From: Azolla caroliniana | Lineage: Eukaryota; Plantae; Polypodiophyta | NCBI GenBank assembly: GCA_043228905.1 | Contig: JBHGNT010000002.1 | Coordinates: 3,906,001 to 3,970,000 of the forward strand | DNA length: 64,000 bases | Direction: 5' to 3' | Shown here: positions 38,137 to 50,539 of the stretch, one piece after another | Position numbering within the stretch: position 1 is the first letter of the stretch | Layout: each line of letters starts with the position of its first letter | Position numbers and translations under genes: made by a program | The notes under the pieces: model-generated | What the model was told of the DNA's origin: nothing | Databases searched by the model: none | Seen by the model: the letters and a program-made list of their open reading frames with translations, nothing else

Positions 38137-38389
38137 TTTGTATGAACCATAGGTGCATTAGTAGCTTTCGATCCTTCAAGTAATGGTAAACACACTCGAA
38201 GTCTGATAAATACCATACTTTTGTATTCATTATTCACTGTACTAAGGTAAAAAAGTGAGATAAAAAGATTTAAAAATGTCAAGAAAAAAAACATTAAGTA
38301 TGTTTTCATAACATACGGATTCGTTAGCAAACGTATGAAAAAGAATGTTTGAGCGGAAGAATGTGAATATTACGTTCAATGTTAAACAG

Positions 38390-39200
38390 AGGATATAAGG
38401 TCACATTGGAAGTTGTAGGTGTTGGCTAAACAACCTTTGTTCAGATTAGATTGGGAACCAGTTGACAATTAGTGGACAGATCCATTCACTGGTAATAACT
38501 TTAATTTTTATCAAGTATTCTGTATAGTTGGGAAGACATGTGCTTTCGGATGGATAGACGGGATGTGTTACCAACTGCACTTAAATATTGGAGTCAGCAG
38601 GGTATTACTCCGAAGTTCTGGGTTGATCTATGGGCAAGAACTCAACCACAAAATATTGCATGTACAGTGGTTACTTGTACATCGAGCGTTACTTGTTGGC
38701 ACATGGTTGTGTAAGATGGGTGTATCCTCTAGTTGTGATTGCTATCATTTACAACCTGAAACTCAAAAACATTGTTTATGGGACTCCATTGAGTCTCTAC
38801 TGGTATGGCAATGCCTCCTTAGAATATTTGCTAAGTACTTTCCCGCATTGGTTTTCACATGGAGCCTGGTGGTTTGGACGTCACTTGTTCGCTCTACTTT
38901 CCATTACGACGTTGAATGTATGGACCATGGGTTTTACACCAAATCTAGAAGTGTTCGTCCACTTCCATTACTGTCTTTGCAGTAGTATGGGAGATACTGA
39001 GTAGTATTTGGTTGGACATGGTTCATACTTTAAAGGGTCAAGGGGATTGTATTGTTGAAGATTGTGACGATAAAACTGATCAATGTGATGAGTTTTTTAC
39101 CTTGTGGACAACTACTCCACTTATCACCTTCAAGAATGACACTCCTTTCTGGCATTTTCAACCACCAAAATGGTTGTTTCATTCGCCGATCACATAGTCT
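38390..39200 (+). mobile_element. Old degraded 3' fragment of a LINE related to the element at 41673-45975
   Basis: WLLVHRALLVGTWL...PETQKHCLW...FTWSLVVW aligns with WLLIHYALPVGDWL...TESILHLFW...FSWGAVLW of the young ORF2; frameshifted. Confidence 0.75.
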
Positions 39201-39869
39201 TCAAAACCTTGTAAATTGTTTACACTAATGAAAGGATATCTTTTAAGGAAAACAAATATTACGTTCTATGTATATATATATATATATATGGATGTATAGT
39301 TCAACTACTACTCAGAGGTCTTAGAAGCTCTTCAACTCGGAGGGTTAGTTAATTGGGGATGCTACATGATCCATGGACAGCAAAATCATGCCCCAACTAC
39401 AATCTCTTTGGTTTCCTTCCTTCTTCTCCGTCTTCTCCATCGCCGAGGAGGCTATAGAGGTTGTGATGTGGTTCATGTGCAATCGGTGCTAGAGATTATC
39501 GAAGTTAAGAAGACAATGCCTAGAGATGACCCCACCAAGAATAACACTAATAATGGTGGTTTTACTAATCTACCACATATGCAAGGTACATCAAAGAAGA
39601 TATTGTAGGTGATTTAGCATATATAGGAACATAGGCTGAATTTAGACATTAATTTGATCATAATTGGTTAATTAGGGGAATCACTGCAAACAATTGTGGA
39701 AGTCCAAAGCAAGGAATTTTCTAGTAAATAACCCATTGAAAAATATGTTGAAACTTATAGTGTAATGTCAAATTGTATGTATAATATGGAGATCACACTC
39801 ATTTGCATAAGAATTAGAAACCAAATGTTGAAACCTTAAAAAGAAACAAGCTAAAGAATAAGAAAACCA

Positions 39870-40354
39870 TATGTTATTCCTCGGTTTAGAACTGAAAATC
39901 TGGTTATTTGGCGTACTGTTACGTCACTAGCGCTGTGGACAATATGGAAAACGAGATGCGATGCTGTTTTTAATAATGCTCACATACATCTCAATAATAT
40001 GCTTATTGAATTCTGGTGGTTATTTGTCCACACCATACGTGGACAATATGATGGTTTGCAGGGTACAACTGATGCTCAAAGGCAACGTCAAGTGGACTTT
40101 AAGAAACGGTGGCGAGGGCTTCACTTATTTTCAGATACGTCTCCTGGTATGAAGTGGAATTATTCCATTCCTCCTTTTTTATTGCATAGCTTGTAGATGG
40201 TGTTCCATTTGTTCCTATTGTGATATCATCTGTATCATCAGATGTTGGTATTAGGTTTTGTATTACAATAGAGGTGAGATGAAATGTCTCCCTCTGTTTT
40301 CTATATGTACATTTCTCAAGTAATTTACTAAGGTGTATCTTTTTTTAAAAAAAA
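39870..40354 (+). mobile_element. Short 5'-truncated LINE copy with poly(A) tail and 17-bp TSD
   Basis: Near-identical to the reverse complement of about 41673-42160. TSD AAAGAATAAGAAAACCA at 39853-39869 and 40355-40371. Confidence 0.95.
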
Positions 40355-41672
40355 AAAGAATAAGAAAACCAAAAAGACCCCAAAATTTACCAATATGCAA
40401 AATAAGCCCTCTTTTCGATATGGAACAAAAATTCTAACTCTACACCAATTGAGTCGGGCGTCTACCTCTGAGCAACGCCTACCCTAAGACAGTCGAGCGA
40501 CTACAGTCAAAGAGTAGGGTGTTTAGTGACATACGCAATCAGCATCAAGCGTTTGGTGGATGGCACACTTTTTTTGGATAAAGATCAGACAATGCAAATC
40601 ACACACACCCTCAGTTGAGCGCCCTGAACCATCTGCGGCCACAATTCCCTTGCCTGACCTCTTTATGATTTGGTCGCATATAGACATGTATGTTTGTTTG
40701 TTGCCTTAAGCAAATGTGGCGCATATTCATTGTCAAAAAAGTTTCTTTGGTATCACAAGCCACACAAATGCTTGGATTGAGTGGCGCCATACATTGCCCA
40801 TATTCATGACTCTGAAACCAAATAGAATTTTATCCTACAATCATCAATCATGTACACTCAAACTAAGCTAGTATGCATCAAGTTAGTATATGTGGCACAT
40901 ATTATTTGGTTCTAGGAAAATCATGCTTGATGCATTTAAATTTTTTATAATGATTGTTGATATGAACAAGAAATATATATGGAACGTGTGGACATACTGT
41001 AAAAGTATGTGACACATGATTCTAACTCAAGTGTCATTAACCACACCATGACGTTTTTTACCATAACCATTCGGCCGTGTTACTTGAGCGTCTTTGAATT
41101 AAAACAAACAAACCAAACTATGTGGTTGAATGATGTCTTTAGCGTGTCTGGCAAATCAAGTTGGGCATATTACAGAACTGACAAACATGGCTTAAATTGC
41201 ATCACGTAGGAATTTTGACTCGTCTCTCAATAAAACATATCCTTTCTATCATGACTTTTACCATATGCTTAATTGGTACAACGAGAACATGAACAACATA
41301 AATGTAACAACATTTTTGTAGTGCTTGTAATTGTGCTTTTTGATGCCATGTTTTATTGCTCCTTTATACGCCTATCATTGTTACGATATTTTTATGAGCA
41401 ATTCCTTTAAGCATCGATATGGCAACAAAACCTTTACATTGTAGTACAAACCTACTATGATCCCTTGTCATGCACCATCCTCCCTATCTAGCATGAGAAT
41501 AATTCAAGGGGTTCAAAGAAAGTTGGTTCCTTGTAATATCAGGAACTCATTTGTAATATTGGGTAGGAAGTAGGCTAGAGAAATAAAAGATGAGTAAAAC
41601 AAAAAATAGGTATAATAAATTTAGGTTATATTTTTAAACAGTAATACCAATATTCTTCCTAAACTATTTGTT

Positions 41673-44600
41673 TTTTTTTTTTTTTTTAAAAGATACACCT
41701 TAGTAAATTACTTGAGAAATGTACATATAGAAAACAGAGGGAGACATTTCATCTCACCTCTATTGTAATACAAAACCTAATACCAACATCTGATGATACA
41801 GATGATATCACAATAGGAACAAATGGAACACCATCTACAAGCTATGCAATAAAAAAGGAGGAATGGAATAATTCCACTTCATACCAGGAGACGTATCTGA
41901 AAATAAGTGAAGCCCTCGCCACCGTTTCTTAAAGTCCACTTGACGTTGCCTTTGAGCATCAGTTGTACCCTGCAAATCATCATATTGTCCACGTATGGTG
42001 TGGACAAATAACCACCAGAATTCAATAAGCATATTATTGAGATGTATGTGAGCATTATTAAAAACAGCATCGCATCTCGTTTTCCATATTGTCCACAGCG
42101 CTAGTGACGTAACAGTACGCCAAATAACCAGATTTTCAGTTCTAAACCGAGGAATAACAGATGGAAATGAAGTGAGATAGATGTACCCATTGCAAAAGTA
42201 AAAAACATGAGAAGCATGCATACGTTCGTAATTCATAACATCTCCATGAAGGACACCCCATAATACTGCACCCCACGAGAAAGTAGAACGAGCATAGTGG
42301 TTTCTTAGTAATAAAAACAACTTACTCCAGAATTGCTTGATTTTGGGACACATCCAAAACAAATGCAAAATAGATTCCGTCGATTCACCACAATGCATTC
42401 CACAAGCATATTGTTGATTTTGCCTCAACCAATCACCAACAGGAAGAGCATAATGTATCAACAACCAACGAAAACAAATAACTTTTTTCGGCAACTGCAT
42501 ACTCCACAACCATTTCCAAAATTTTGTAAGTTGTAGTTCATTCACATTATTTGCAATCCAATGCTTCATGGCAGCCGGGCATTTATACTTTGATTGCAAT
42601 AATAAATTTCTACCTAACTTAACTGAATACTGAAAGAACTCTAAGTGTTTACCATTTCCATTAGCATTCGGTTTTTTCCATTGATAATCAGCTGGATCCC
42701 AATCCAAATTATAAAGCGGCTTTTTTTGAAAAACCCACAACGAACAACACCGTAAGCATTCTTGAAATGGTGGATCCAAGAGCCATTTTTTTCCCGATCT
42801 TGCAACTACTCGAATCGCTGAAACATTGGCGGATATCCACACCTCTGATTCAGAAAATACATGCCACAACCTACCATCATCATCCACATTAAAGTATATT
42901 ACATCACCCATAGTGTTAGTTACTTTAGCTCCTAAAATCACTTTTAGAGGAGAGAAATAACCAAACCAAATCTGATTGCTAGAGGGGGACCATGAAGCCA
43001 TAAATTGTCCCAATGCCACTTGCATATTATCGCACATAATAGCACTTCCTCGAACTGAAGGCCTCGACAAAGGTTGTAACTGTTGATTCATAACATAGCA
43101 TCCCCATGCTTGAACATTACCTGCTATTGATGCATCCATAGAAGCCCAATTCAACCGAGGACGGCTACCAAGCAGAAAACCCCTTGAATCTGAAAAGAGA
43201 AAGTTCCAGATCAAGGGTTGTCTCAACAAGTCATCCGTTGTCGAAGGTACCTTCCGAATTAGAAACTTTTTGACAGCTGACCAACTTGTGAGAATTCCAT
43301 TAAAAAACCTATCTTCTAATAAGGTTGTTTTAAACAAATGAAAATTCTGAATAAAACCCCATCTTAAAGATGGTTGCCACTTTCCTCCTATTGATGGGCA
43401 CATAGTAGACAACCTATGCATCATCAAACGACTCCAAACACCTTGCATTGGCAGCATAGCTCTGCACACAAATTTAGAAAGCAAAGCCTTACACTGTGCA
43501 TCTGGATCTACCAGCCCCATCCCACCATTTTGTCGTGGAGCAATCAATACTGCCCAAGCTACTTTAGGCCTTTTACCTTGACCTGTTTTCCCTCCCCAAA
43601 TGTAGTTACGAATGAGGCGTTGCACCTGTAAAATACATGATCTAGCAAACAATGTAGTTGAAGCAACATACCAAATAGTCGCTAACAACACTTGGTTAGC
43701 TACAAGTATACGACCTGCAAGTGACAGGTTAACCGAATCCCAAAGCAACAATTTTCTTCTTAATTTTACAAGTAGAGGAGCAACTAACATATCTGCAGTA
43801 ACATGACGTCCCACTTGACAGCCTAAGTAACGAGTAGTGGTTCCATTAGGAACCCACTTGAATTCCTGCGAAGGCATCCAATTAGGCAAGGAATTTTGTG
43901 ACACCCAAAAGCCAAGAGATTTATGCCAATTTATCTTTGCTCCAGAGGCCAAACAAAATTCCTCCACTACTTCTTGCAATTTACTTAAATTTTCATCATT
44001 ACCTTGAACATAAATTGCAGTATCATCTGCAAATTCTGCATCCAACATTTGTTGTTGCGTGGCAGGCAAAGGCAAACCCTTCAAAGCAACTTGAGAGGAG
44101 TTTAAATACATTGAGAATGTTTCCATAACTAGCAAAAACAGGAATGGGGCCAATGGACAACCTTGACGAACCGAACGCGAGATAGAAAATTTTCTAGTTT
44201 GCCCACCGGCGACCAACACTGAACTAAAGGCCTCACGATACAAGGAAGCTACAGCCCTAATCCACTGCGCAGGAAAACCTAATCTCAATAATGAACCTTC
44301 CATGAAGTCCCAATCAACTCTATCATATGCCTTCTCAAAATCTAATAAAAGTACCGCTAGATCTTCTTTAGTTTTCATTGCCATCCCTGTTAATTCCCAA
44401 AACAAAAAAATATTGTCAAAAAGACTACGTTCTTGCATAAATCCCGTCTGTGAGTCATGCACAATCTCTGAAAGAAAAGGTTGTAATCTCAAAGCCAATA
44501 ACTTAGCATAGATTTTGTAAATTGTATTCAATAAAGTAATGGGCCGCCAACCCTTCACCTCATCCGTAACAACCTCACCTTTCGGAATGAGGCATATTAA

Positions 44601-45975
44601 TCCCTCTTTCCACTTTTGTGGCATAATACCTGTATTGAACATTTCTTGAAATGCTGCCAATAGATCTTCGGCAATCAAGTCCCAATATGTAATGAAAAAA
44701 TCTCTTCCCATTCCATCTACTCCCGGGGACACATCTGGCCCAACACCTTTAATAGCTTGTAATATTTCAAAGGATGAAAATGGACGAAGAAGCTGAAGAG
44801 ATATCCGAGATGTTACCTTAACCACAGTAACAGCCCATACTTTTTGGCGCATTTGTTGAGTTTCAACACTTGGAGTATCTGCTGATAACAACGACTCATA
44901 ATAAGTGGCAACAATGTTACTCATTTCATCTTTATCCATAGTAATTGTACCATCAGATCTTTTCAATTGTACAATCTGAATTTTATTTCTTTTAGGCGTA
45001 ACATGTTGGAAAAAGAATTTTGACATGGTGTCTCCTTTTGTACACCATCTTGCTGCAGATGCATGAAGAAAAAATTGAGCACGTTTTTGCTGCAGAAAAG
45101 AAATAAGCATCATAACATTCTGTAATTCACAATGAATATATTGAGAATGAGGCTGTTTTTCTTGCAAAATTTGAAGAGAAGCCAAACCTCTCTTAGCATT
45201 CAGCAATTTTCTAGTGTAGCTACTTTGTTTTAACTTAACTTGTTGTATAAAGAAGTTGGAAACTGCGAGAAGAGCATTCTGTAATTTTTGACAATTAGAA
45301 TCCCCTACAGCCATTCTCCAAATTGACAAAACTGTATTCTGCAAACTCATATCATCAACAATAAACCTTGGCACATACAATCGAGAAATAGAAGTATGGC
45401 TGTTCATACAGAATTTGAGCATAATCGGGGCATGATCTGAGAACGAAGTGCCTGATATAATACCCACATATCCTCCACGATCCCAAAAAAAAGAATCTGC
45501 ATAAAACCTATCTATTCTCGACAGATTAAGAGCAACACTTCTTCGATTGGAACGTGAGTATAACAAGGAATCGGGCATGCGAGAGAAGGTTGGAATATGC
45601 CACAAATCAGTAACTTCATATTTGAAAATTAACTTTTCCCACTCACGCAATTCTAAACCCGATATAGTAGTAGAAGATCCACCTAATCTATCACTAGGGC
45701 TTTCAATCATGTTCCAATCACCACACATGCACCAATGTTGTGCCACAGGAAGATCTTGCAATAACTTATTCCACAAACGAATTCTTCCAGTAACAGAATT
45801 CGGAGCATATACATTCAAAAAACCAATCAATTTTCCGGAGATAAGAATAAGCATATATTGAACTCTACCACCAAACAATACTCCTTTAGCTTGTACATTA
45901 GACTGCCATTGCATTTTAAGTGCGATACAAAGGCCACCTTGAGTACCAGATGGTCCAAAAGCCGGAACCCATTCA
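41673..45975 (-). mobile_element. Young 5'-truncated L1/Tx1-like LINE with poly(A) tail and 13-bp TSD
   Basis: TSD TAAACTATTTGTT at 41660-41672 and 45976-45988; poly(T) on the + strand at 41671-41687; ORF2 uninterrupted. Confidence 0.96.
41835..45974 (-). CDS. LINE ORF2 (APE endonuclease, reverse transcriptase, zf-RVT-like C-terminus), N-terminally truncated
   Basis: NVYAP, GDWN, SRIDRF and SDH (APE); WRPITLLN, LDFEKAYD, RQGCPLAP, FADD and RYLG (RT); C..C...ESILHLFWMC. The frame stays open upstream of Met 45914 to the TSD (EWVPAFGPSGTQGGLCIALK). Confidence 0.92.
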   Translation of the reverse strand, partial: EWVPAFGPSGTQGGLCIALKMQWQSNVQAKGVLFGGRVQYMLILISGKLIGFLNVYAPNSVTGRIRLWNKLLQDLPVAQHWCMCGDWNMIESPSDRLGGSSTTISGLELREWEKLIFKYEVTDLWHIPTFSRMPDSLLYSRSNRRSVALNLSRIDRFYADSFFWDRGGYVGIISGTSFSDHAPIMLKFCMNSHTSISRLYVPRFIVDDMSLQNTVLSIWRMAVGDSNCQKLQNALLAVSNFFIQQVKLKQSSYTRKLLNAKRGLASLQILQEKQPHSQYIHCELQNVMMLISFLQQKRAQFFLHASAARWCTKGDTMSKFFFQHVTPKRNKIQIVQLKRSDGTITMDKDEMSNIVATYYESLLSADTPSVETQQMRQKVWAVTVVKVTSRISLQLLRPFSSFEILQAIKGVGPDVSPGVDGMGRDFFITYWDLIAEDLLAAFQEMFNTGIMPQKWKEGLICLIPKGEVVTDEVKGWRPITLLNTIYKIYAKLLALRLQPFLSEIVHDSQTGFMQERSLFDNIFLFWELTGMAMKTKEDLAVLLLDFEKAYDRVDWDFMEGSLLRLGFPAQWIRAVASLYREAFSSVLVAGGQTRKFSISRSVRQGCPLAPFLFLLVMETFSMYLNSSQVALKGLPLPATQQQMLDAEFADDTAIYVQGNDENLSKLQEVVEEFCLASGAKINWHKSLGFWVSQNSLPNWMPSQEFKWVPNGTTTRYLGCQVGRHVTADMLVAPLLVKLRRKLLLWDSVNLSLAGRILVANQVLLATIWYVASTTLFARSCILQVQRLIRNYIWGGKTGQGKRPKVAWAVLIAPRQNGGMGLVDPDAQCKALLSKFVCRAMLPMQGVWSRLMMHRLSTMCPSIGGKWQPSLRWGFIQNFHLFKTTLLEDRFFNGILTSWSAVKKFLIRKVPSTTDDLLRQPLIWNFLFSDSRGFLLGSRPRLNWASMDASIAGNVQAWGCYVMNQQLQPLSRPSVRGSAIMCDNMQVALGQFMASWSPSSNQIWFGYFSPLKVILGAKVTNTMGDVIYFNVDDDGRLWHVFSESEVWISANVSAIRVVARSGKKWLLDPPFQECLRCCSLWVFQKKPLYNLDWDPADYQWKKPNANGNGKHLEFFQYSVKLGRNLLLQSKYKCPAAMKHWIANNVNELQLTKFWKWLWSMQLPKKVICFRWLLIHYALPVGDWLRQNQQYACGMHCGESTESILHLFWMCPKIKQFWSKLFLLLRNHYARSTFSWGAVLWGVLHGDVMNYERMHASHVFYFCNGYIYLTSFPSVIPRFRTENLVIWRTVTSLALWTIWKTRCDAVFNNAHIHLNNMLIEFWWLFVHTIRGQYDDLQGTTDAQRQRQVDFKKRWRGLHLFSDTSPGMKWNYSIPPFLLHSL

Positions 45976-46189
45976 TAAACTATTTGTTACACTAAATATG
46001 CAAAAGAAAATGGGATTATATTTCAAAATAATATTATCTCTATTTTTTATTAGCTACTTGGGGCTCGTAATGTCAGGTAATGATTGTAATTTTAGATTCC
46101 TGTTGAATCCTTCATCGATATCAAATCCAACTTGATATTACAAGCCACTCTCTAATATTACATGCCATATGCCTCCAGGCTCCGATCAT

Positions 46190-47757
46190 GAGAACATAAA
46201 TCAATATTATTCGAAGGTTATGACAAGCCAATTCTGTAGCCACAACTTGTGTGACAATTTTTTTCCTTCTTGGGGCGAGGGAGTGTTAATGGATCATTTT
46301 TTACAAGGAATTTGTCATGATGATGTAAAAGACTTGCCTGTTATCTTCCATGAAGACCCCAGTCACTTACATAGGCTAGTTGAGTAGAGCAATGTGATAT
46401 TTCAAGTTTCCGAGTGCCAATAAATGTCACACTCTAGTCGACATAAGCAAATGCTTGGAAGTAGCTTCACCCTCAGGGCCAATGGATGCAGCCAACCCAA
46501 TTTTTGTGGATGGTCCCACTCTGACAAACATAAGAGCAACATATCAACAAAGACCGTTATTTGAAGTGGAGAAGCAACAAAAACAAATTGTTTATGTTTG
46601 TAATGTGGTGATCCATGGCATGTAACAATGATTGGTCTCGAATGACCAAGGAAGTGTATAGGATAACCTCATCTCTAAAATACCAATCCAAATGTTTTGA
46701 AGTTCAATGCCAACTACATGAGGTGTTAGATAACTAAGTCATGCTAACATTGGAACCATTGTTAGATAATCCAGAACTTGTAGAGTTTATCCTTATTACT
46801 GATTTCATTTCATAGAATCGAGTTTGGAATGTGTTTAAGAAGGTTAATAAACCTTGATTTCATGGAGTCCTTCTATTTTCTCTCTTAGATTTAGAAGCCA
46901 ACTCTTAATTTATGGATTGGAATATTGCCTTGACACGACAAATCCTCTTGAGCAAGTGTCCTTGCCCAACTTCTACAATAGTAAATGATGACATTCCATC
47001 ACGCCAGGAGACATATTTGACAAATCTAAGCTAGTTTGTGTGGTAGTAGGTAGGTTGATGTGTATAATCTCCTTTAACATTAGTAGTAGTTCTAAGAGTT
47101 CAACTGTTCTACAACTGCCTCTGTTTGAAATTCATATTTTGAAGATTGAGTAGATAAGCCACACAATCAAAGAGTCCAAACAAAGGAAATGTTTGTATTT
47201 GCAATGTTCACAAATCCCATCTCCCAAATCATAAAGGTTAAAAGTATCAAGAATTCAAAGATGTATTTATCAAAGTGAAGGCAAATACTCTCTTAATGCA
47301 TCAATCTTATTCTTATCTTATCAACTTGCAACCAAGGAAAGAGATGCCATGGGAACCAATGTATGATTTATCATTGTCAAAGCTCGAGGTCCTCAAAGAA
47401 TACATTGATGAGAACTTATCAAATGGATGTATCCAAGATTCTAGAAGACTAGTGGGTACACCTATACTCTTTATCATGAAGAAAAATATTTTTCTTTGGT
47501 TGTGGACTATTGAAGAATGAATCATCAACTATCAAGATGTCTTTAACAAGGCGAAGGTCCCTTATGATTGTCTTATCAACCTACAACCAAAGAGTTTGAG
47601 GTCTTTTTCATGGGGGTTAATCTAGAATTTGTCACCATCATAGCTCGAGGTCCTTCAAGGAGATATTTATGAGAACTTGACAAATGGATGTATCCAACAT
47701 TCTAGAAGCCCAATAGGTGCACCAATCTTCTTTGTCAAGAAGAATGATGGTTCTTAT
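46190..47757 (+). mobile_element. Degraded Ty3/Gypsy fragment, with the RT N-terminus locally duplicated
   Basis: YDLSLSKLEVLKEYIDENL.NGCIQ.S...GTPILFIMKK at about 47320-47510 and again at about 47560-47755 (...GAPIFFVKKNDGS). The left boundary is approximate. Confidence 0.7.
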
Positions 47758-47769
47758 CCCAAAATGAAA

Positions 47770-48690
47770 CATCTCAAAAAATGGTTCATGTTTTTGCCAT
47801 TTTTTCACAAGCTTTCAAGATTCAACCAAATGTAAGTAAGAACATGTGGACTTGGGAGATGCAAGTTATTTAAGATATATGGGACTGCAAGTAGCTTGGA
47901 ATGTGTCTACAGGATAGCTTGGAATAGCTTGGAATGTGTCTACAGAATAACTTTCAGATTAGTTGACTAGTTTTCTCTACTTTGGAGTACATAGATTGCC
48001 TTCCTCAAACCATCATCTTATAAAGATGAGTTGGGAAAAATATTTTGTATGTTGTTGTTATGACTTTTCTAAAAACTAATGGAAGGATATGTTCTTTTGA
48101 AAAAAAAAAGTAAGAACATGTGGAGAAAGACCAACAAGCTTCATTTGTGTAAAGCACTGGATCCTTCTACATCTTTCTTATTCTTGACATATTTCACTAT
48201 AAGTGTTGTCCATGACATTATACTACAAACTAAAAGCTTGTCAAATCAATATTAAACTATAGTTAATAAGCCACATTTTCCATGTACATATACTATAGGA
48301 GTGGTAATGTTACAATCACTTTGGCAACATGGTCATCATGTTTAGCACAAGGTGAATAAGGCCATATTCAACATTTGCACAAAAACCTCTTTTTAGCTTC
48401 CTCAATATGGCCATGTTTAGCATAAGCTAAAATAGGGATAGTTCATGAAAGTCTGTCTTGACATTGAAACTTGTGGAACACATGCCCAATGCACTAAGAT
48501 TAGCATATATAACAATCAATATAGTACTAACAAGATTTTCTTTTCAATATGGCCATGGATATTTTGACTCCAGTTGTAACGCAAGCTTTCAAGATGCCAA
48601 CATATGTTAGAACATTTGAAGCAACCTCTTCATGTCTCATATTCTCAAAGCACAATAGTCCTTCTTTACTCTTGACATATTCAACATTGC
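47770..48690 (-). pseudogene. PLS-type PPR pseudogene fragment
   Basis: Minus-strand traces TYVGILKAC (about 48600), AYAKHGHIEEA (about 48410), QCFTQMKLVGLSPHV (about 48140) and ILKACEK (about 47810), with stops and indels. Confidence 0.7.
47851..48107 (+). mobile_element. Poly(A)-tailed retroposed insertion with 17-bp TSD inside the PPR pseudogene
   Basis: AAGTAAGAACATGTGGA at 47834-47850 and 48108-48124; A-run at 48100-48109. Confidence 0.8.
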
Positions 48691-49732
48691 ACTTTTTGGG
48701 CATTCTCTTAGGCCACTTCTAAACCACTTTTTAATCACCTCGTTCTAAGCCTGCTTTTAGGCCACTTTTCAAATACTCATCTAGATCATTTTTCAACCAC
48801 ATTTACACCACCTTCTAGGAAAACTTTGACCACTTTCTTTTGGTACCAACTTGTTGAGCATGGAATTGTTGTCCTCAACATCTAGTTTTGTTAAGAATCT
48901 CTTAGTGATCAAAAGACCAAATTAAAGTAAAAAAACTGTGAATAGATTGGATAGTAGGACCCCATCCTCCAGAGCGCCCCTGAGTTATGATCAAGACATA
49001 GCCAGCCTACCACCAACCTCTTGTACCGACAGATATTCGGATGATTAGTATCCTTAGAAGTGGTAATGTGATCATCATGATGAAAGCCTTGCCCGCACCA
49101 CGAGTCTTGCAATGTAATGTGTCTAATGAGGGTAGCTAGGCCTCTCGTATTTATACTTCTTCCTAGGCCCCTTGAATGGATATGTTTTTCCTCTAAATGA
49201 GTATATATCCATTGAACACTACATGCATCTATCATTCCCTCTATCCAATCACATGAGTCCCCTTTCTAACATCAATAAACATACCCTTCACTTAGGTTTT
49301 GTAAATATTAGCTATCTACCCTCGTCCACGTTATGTGTACATAACACAAAGTTTTTAGAGAAACACATGCCTTCGGCGTACAAACACATGACATAGTTCA
49401 AAACGAACCGATGCATTCTCGGGCACATCCATGGTCGACATTAACCATTACTCTTGACCCAACTCCATAGAAACAAAACATCAAATGCTTTTAATCTTTT
49501 GCTTTAGAGAAAGAAACCAGGTTTTTGGCATACATATCTAATCAAAGTGGTACTAAGAAAAGGCTTGTTTTCTCAGCAAATCTGTTCCTTGCTAATCCTC
49601 TCATGCATGTTGGCATGCTGTTTTCTATGTCTTTTAGCTTTGTGGCTGGCTTGGAGCAATAGCTTGAATGCATCCCCATTACCATGCATACATACATCCA
49701 TATTTAACCATTTCATCATAAGTTTGAGAGAT

Positions 49733-49935
49733 TGGTGAGCTTCTATGGAAATTTTGCTAAATTATATTGGGGATTTGGGGAATTAAGTCATCATGGACCA
49801 CCTTAATTACTCCAAGCTAGTTCTTGATGGGTGGAAGCTTTATTTGATCAATGGTGAGAATTTGAAAAACATTTGCTAAACTATTTGGTATTTGGGGATT
49901 AAGTCATGAACCACCTTAATTTCTCCAAGCTTGTT
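49733..49935. repeat. Tandem duplication of about 120 bp
   Basis: GGTGAG...TTTGCTAAA...TTTGGGGA.TTAAGTCAT...ACCACCTTAATT.CTCCAAGCT occurs twice. Confidence 0.75.
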
Positions 49936-50343
49936 TGATCCCTTTCTAGTGTTAACACTCTGTTCATTACAAAATGTGGCATGAACAAACTAAAACTCTA
50001 GCTTGACCTGTGCATTTCTTACTGTATTTGCAATACAGAGATAGATTCATTGTACTGTCCTTCCATGGACACATCTAATAAGATCTGTTTTAGCAGAGAT
50101 TAAACATACCAACATATAAATATATAGTAATAATTAGATGGCAAAAAACACCCACTTGAGTGTTTCACTACAAATTGTTTTGAAGTGATGATTTGAAGTA
50201 GGGCAGGTTGTGTGTGACCCAGGGTTCATGGGTAAAAAAAGCACACATTCATTGGTATGAATAATGAACACACCACCAATGCTAGCTAATAGTAGCTAAA
50301 GGAAATAAAGATCATGGTTGGCGCCTGAAGGGGGGGCCGAAAA

Positions 50344-50539
50344 TAGGGATCAGCAATGATTCGGTTTCGGCTTCACCGGTTTGGCCTTGTCCAAACCAAA
50401 ACGATTAAGCCTAAACCGGTTTAGCCTTAAATGGCTTGGTAGCCGGTTTAGGCTTAACCGGTTTGAGCAATCCCAAATTGAGCTCAAAGCAATTGAGGAA
50501 GCTCAAGCCTAAACCAAACCGCCAAACCACCAATTCCTA
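50344..50539. mobile_element. hAT-type MITE (196 bp)
   Basis: Termini TAGGGAT.../...ATTCCTA; 8-bp flanks GCCGAAAA (50336-50343) and GCTGAAAA (50540-50547); interior packed with AAACCG/CGGTTT subterminal motifs. Confidence 0.7.
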
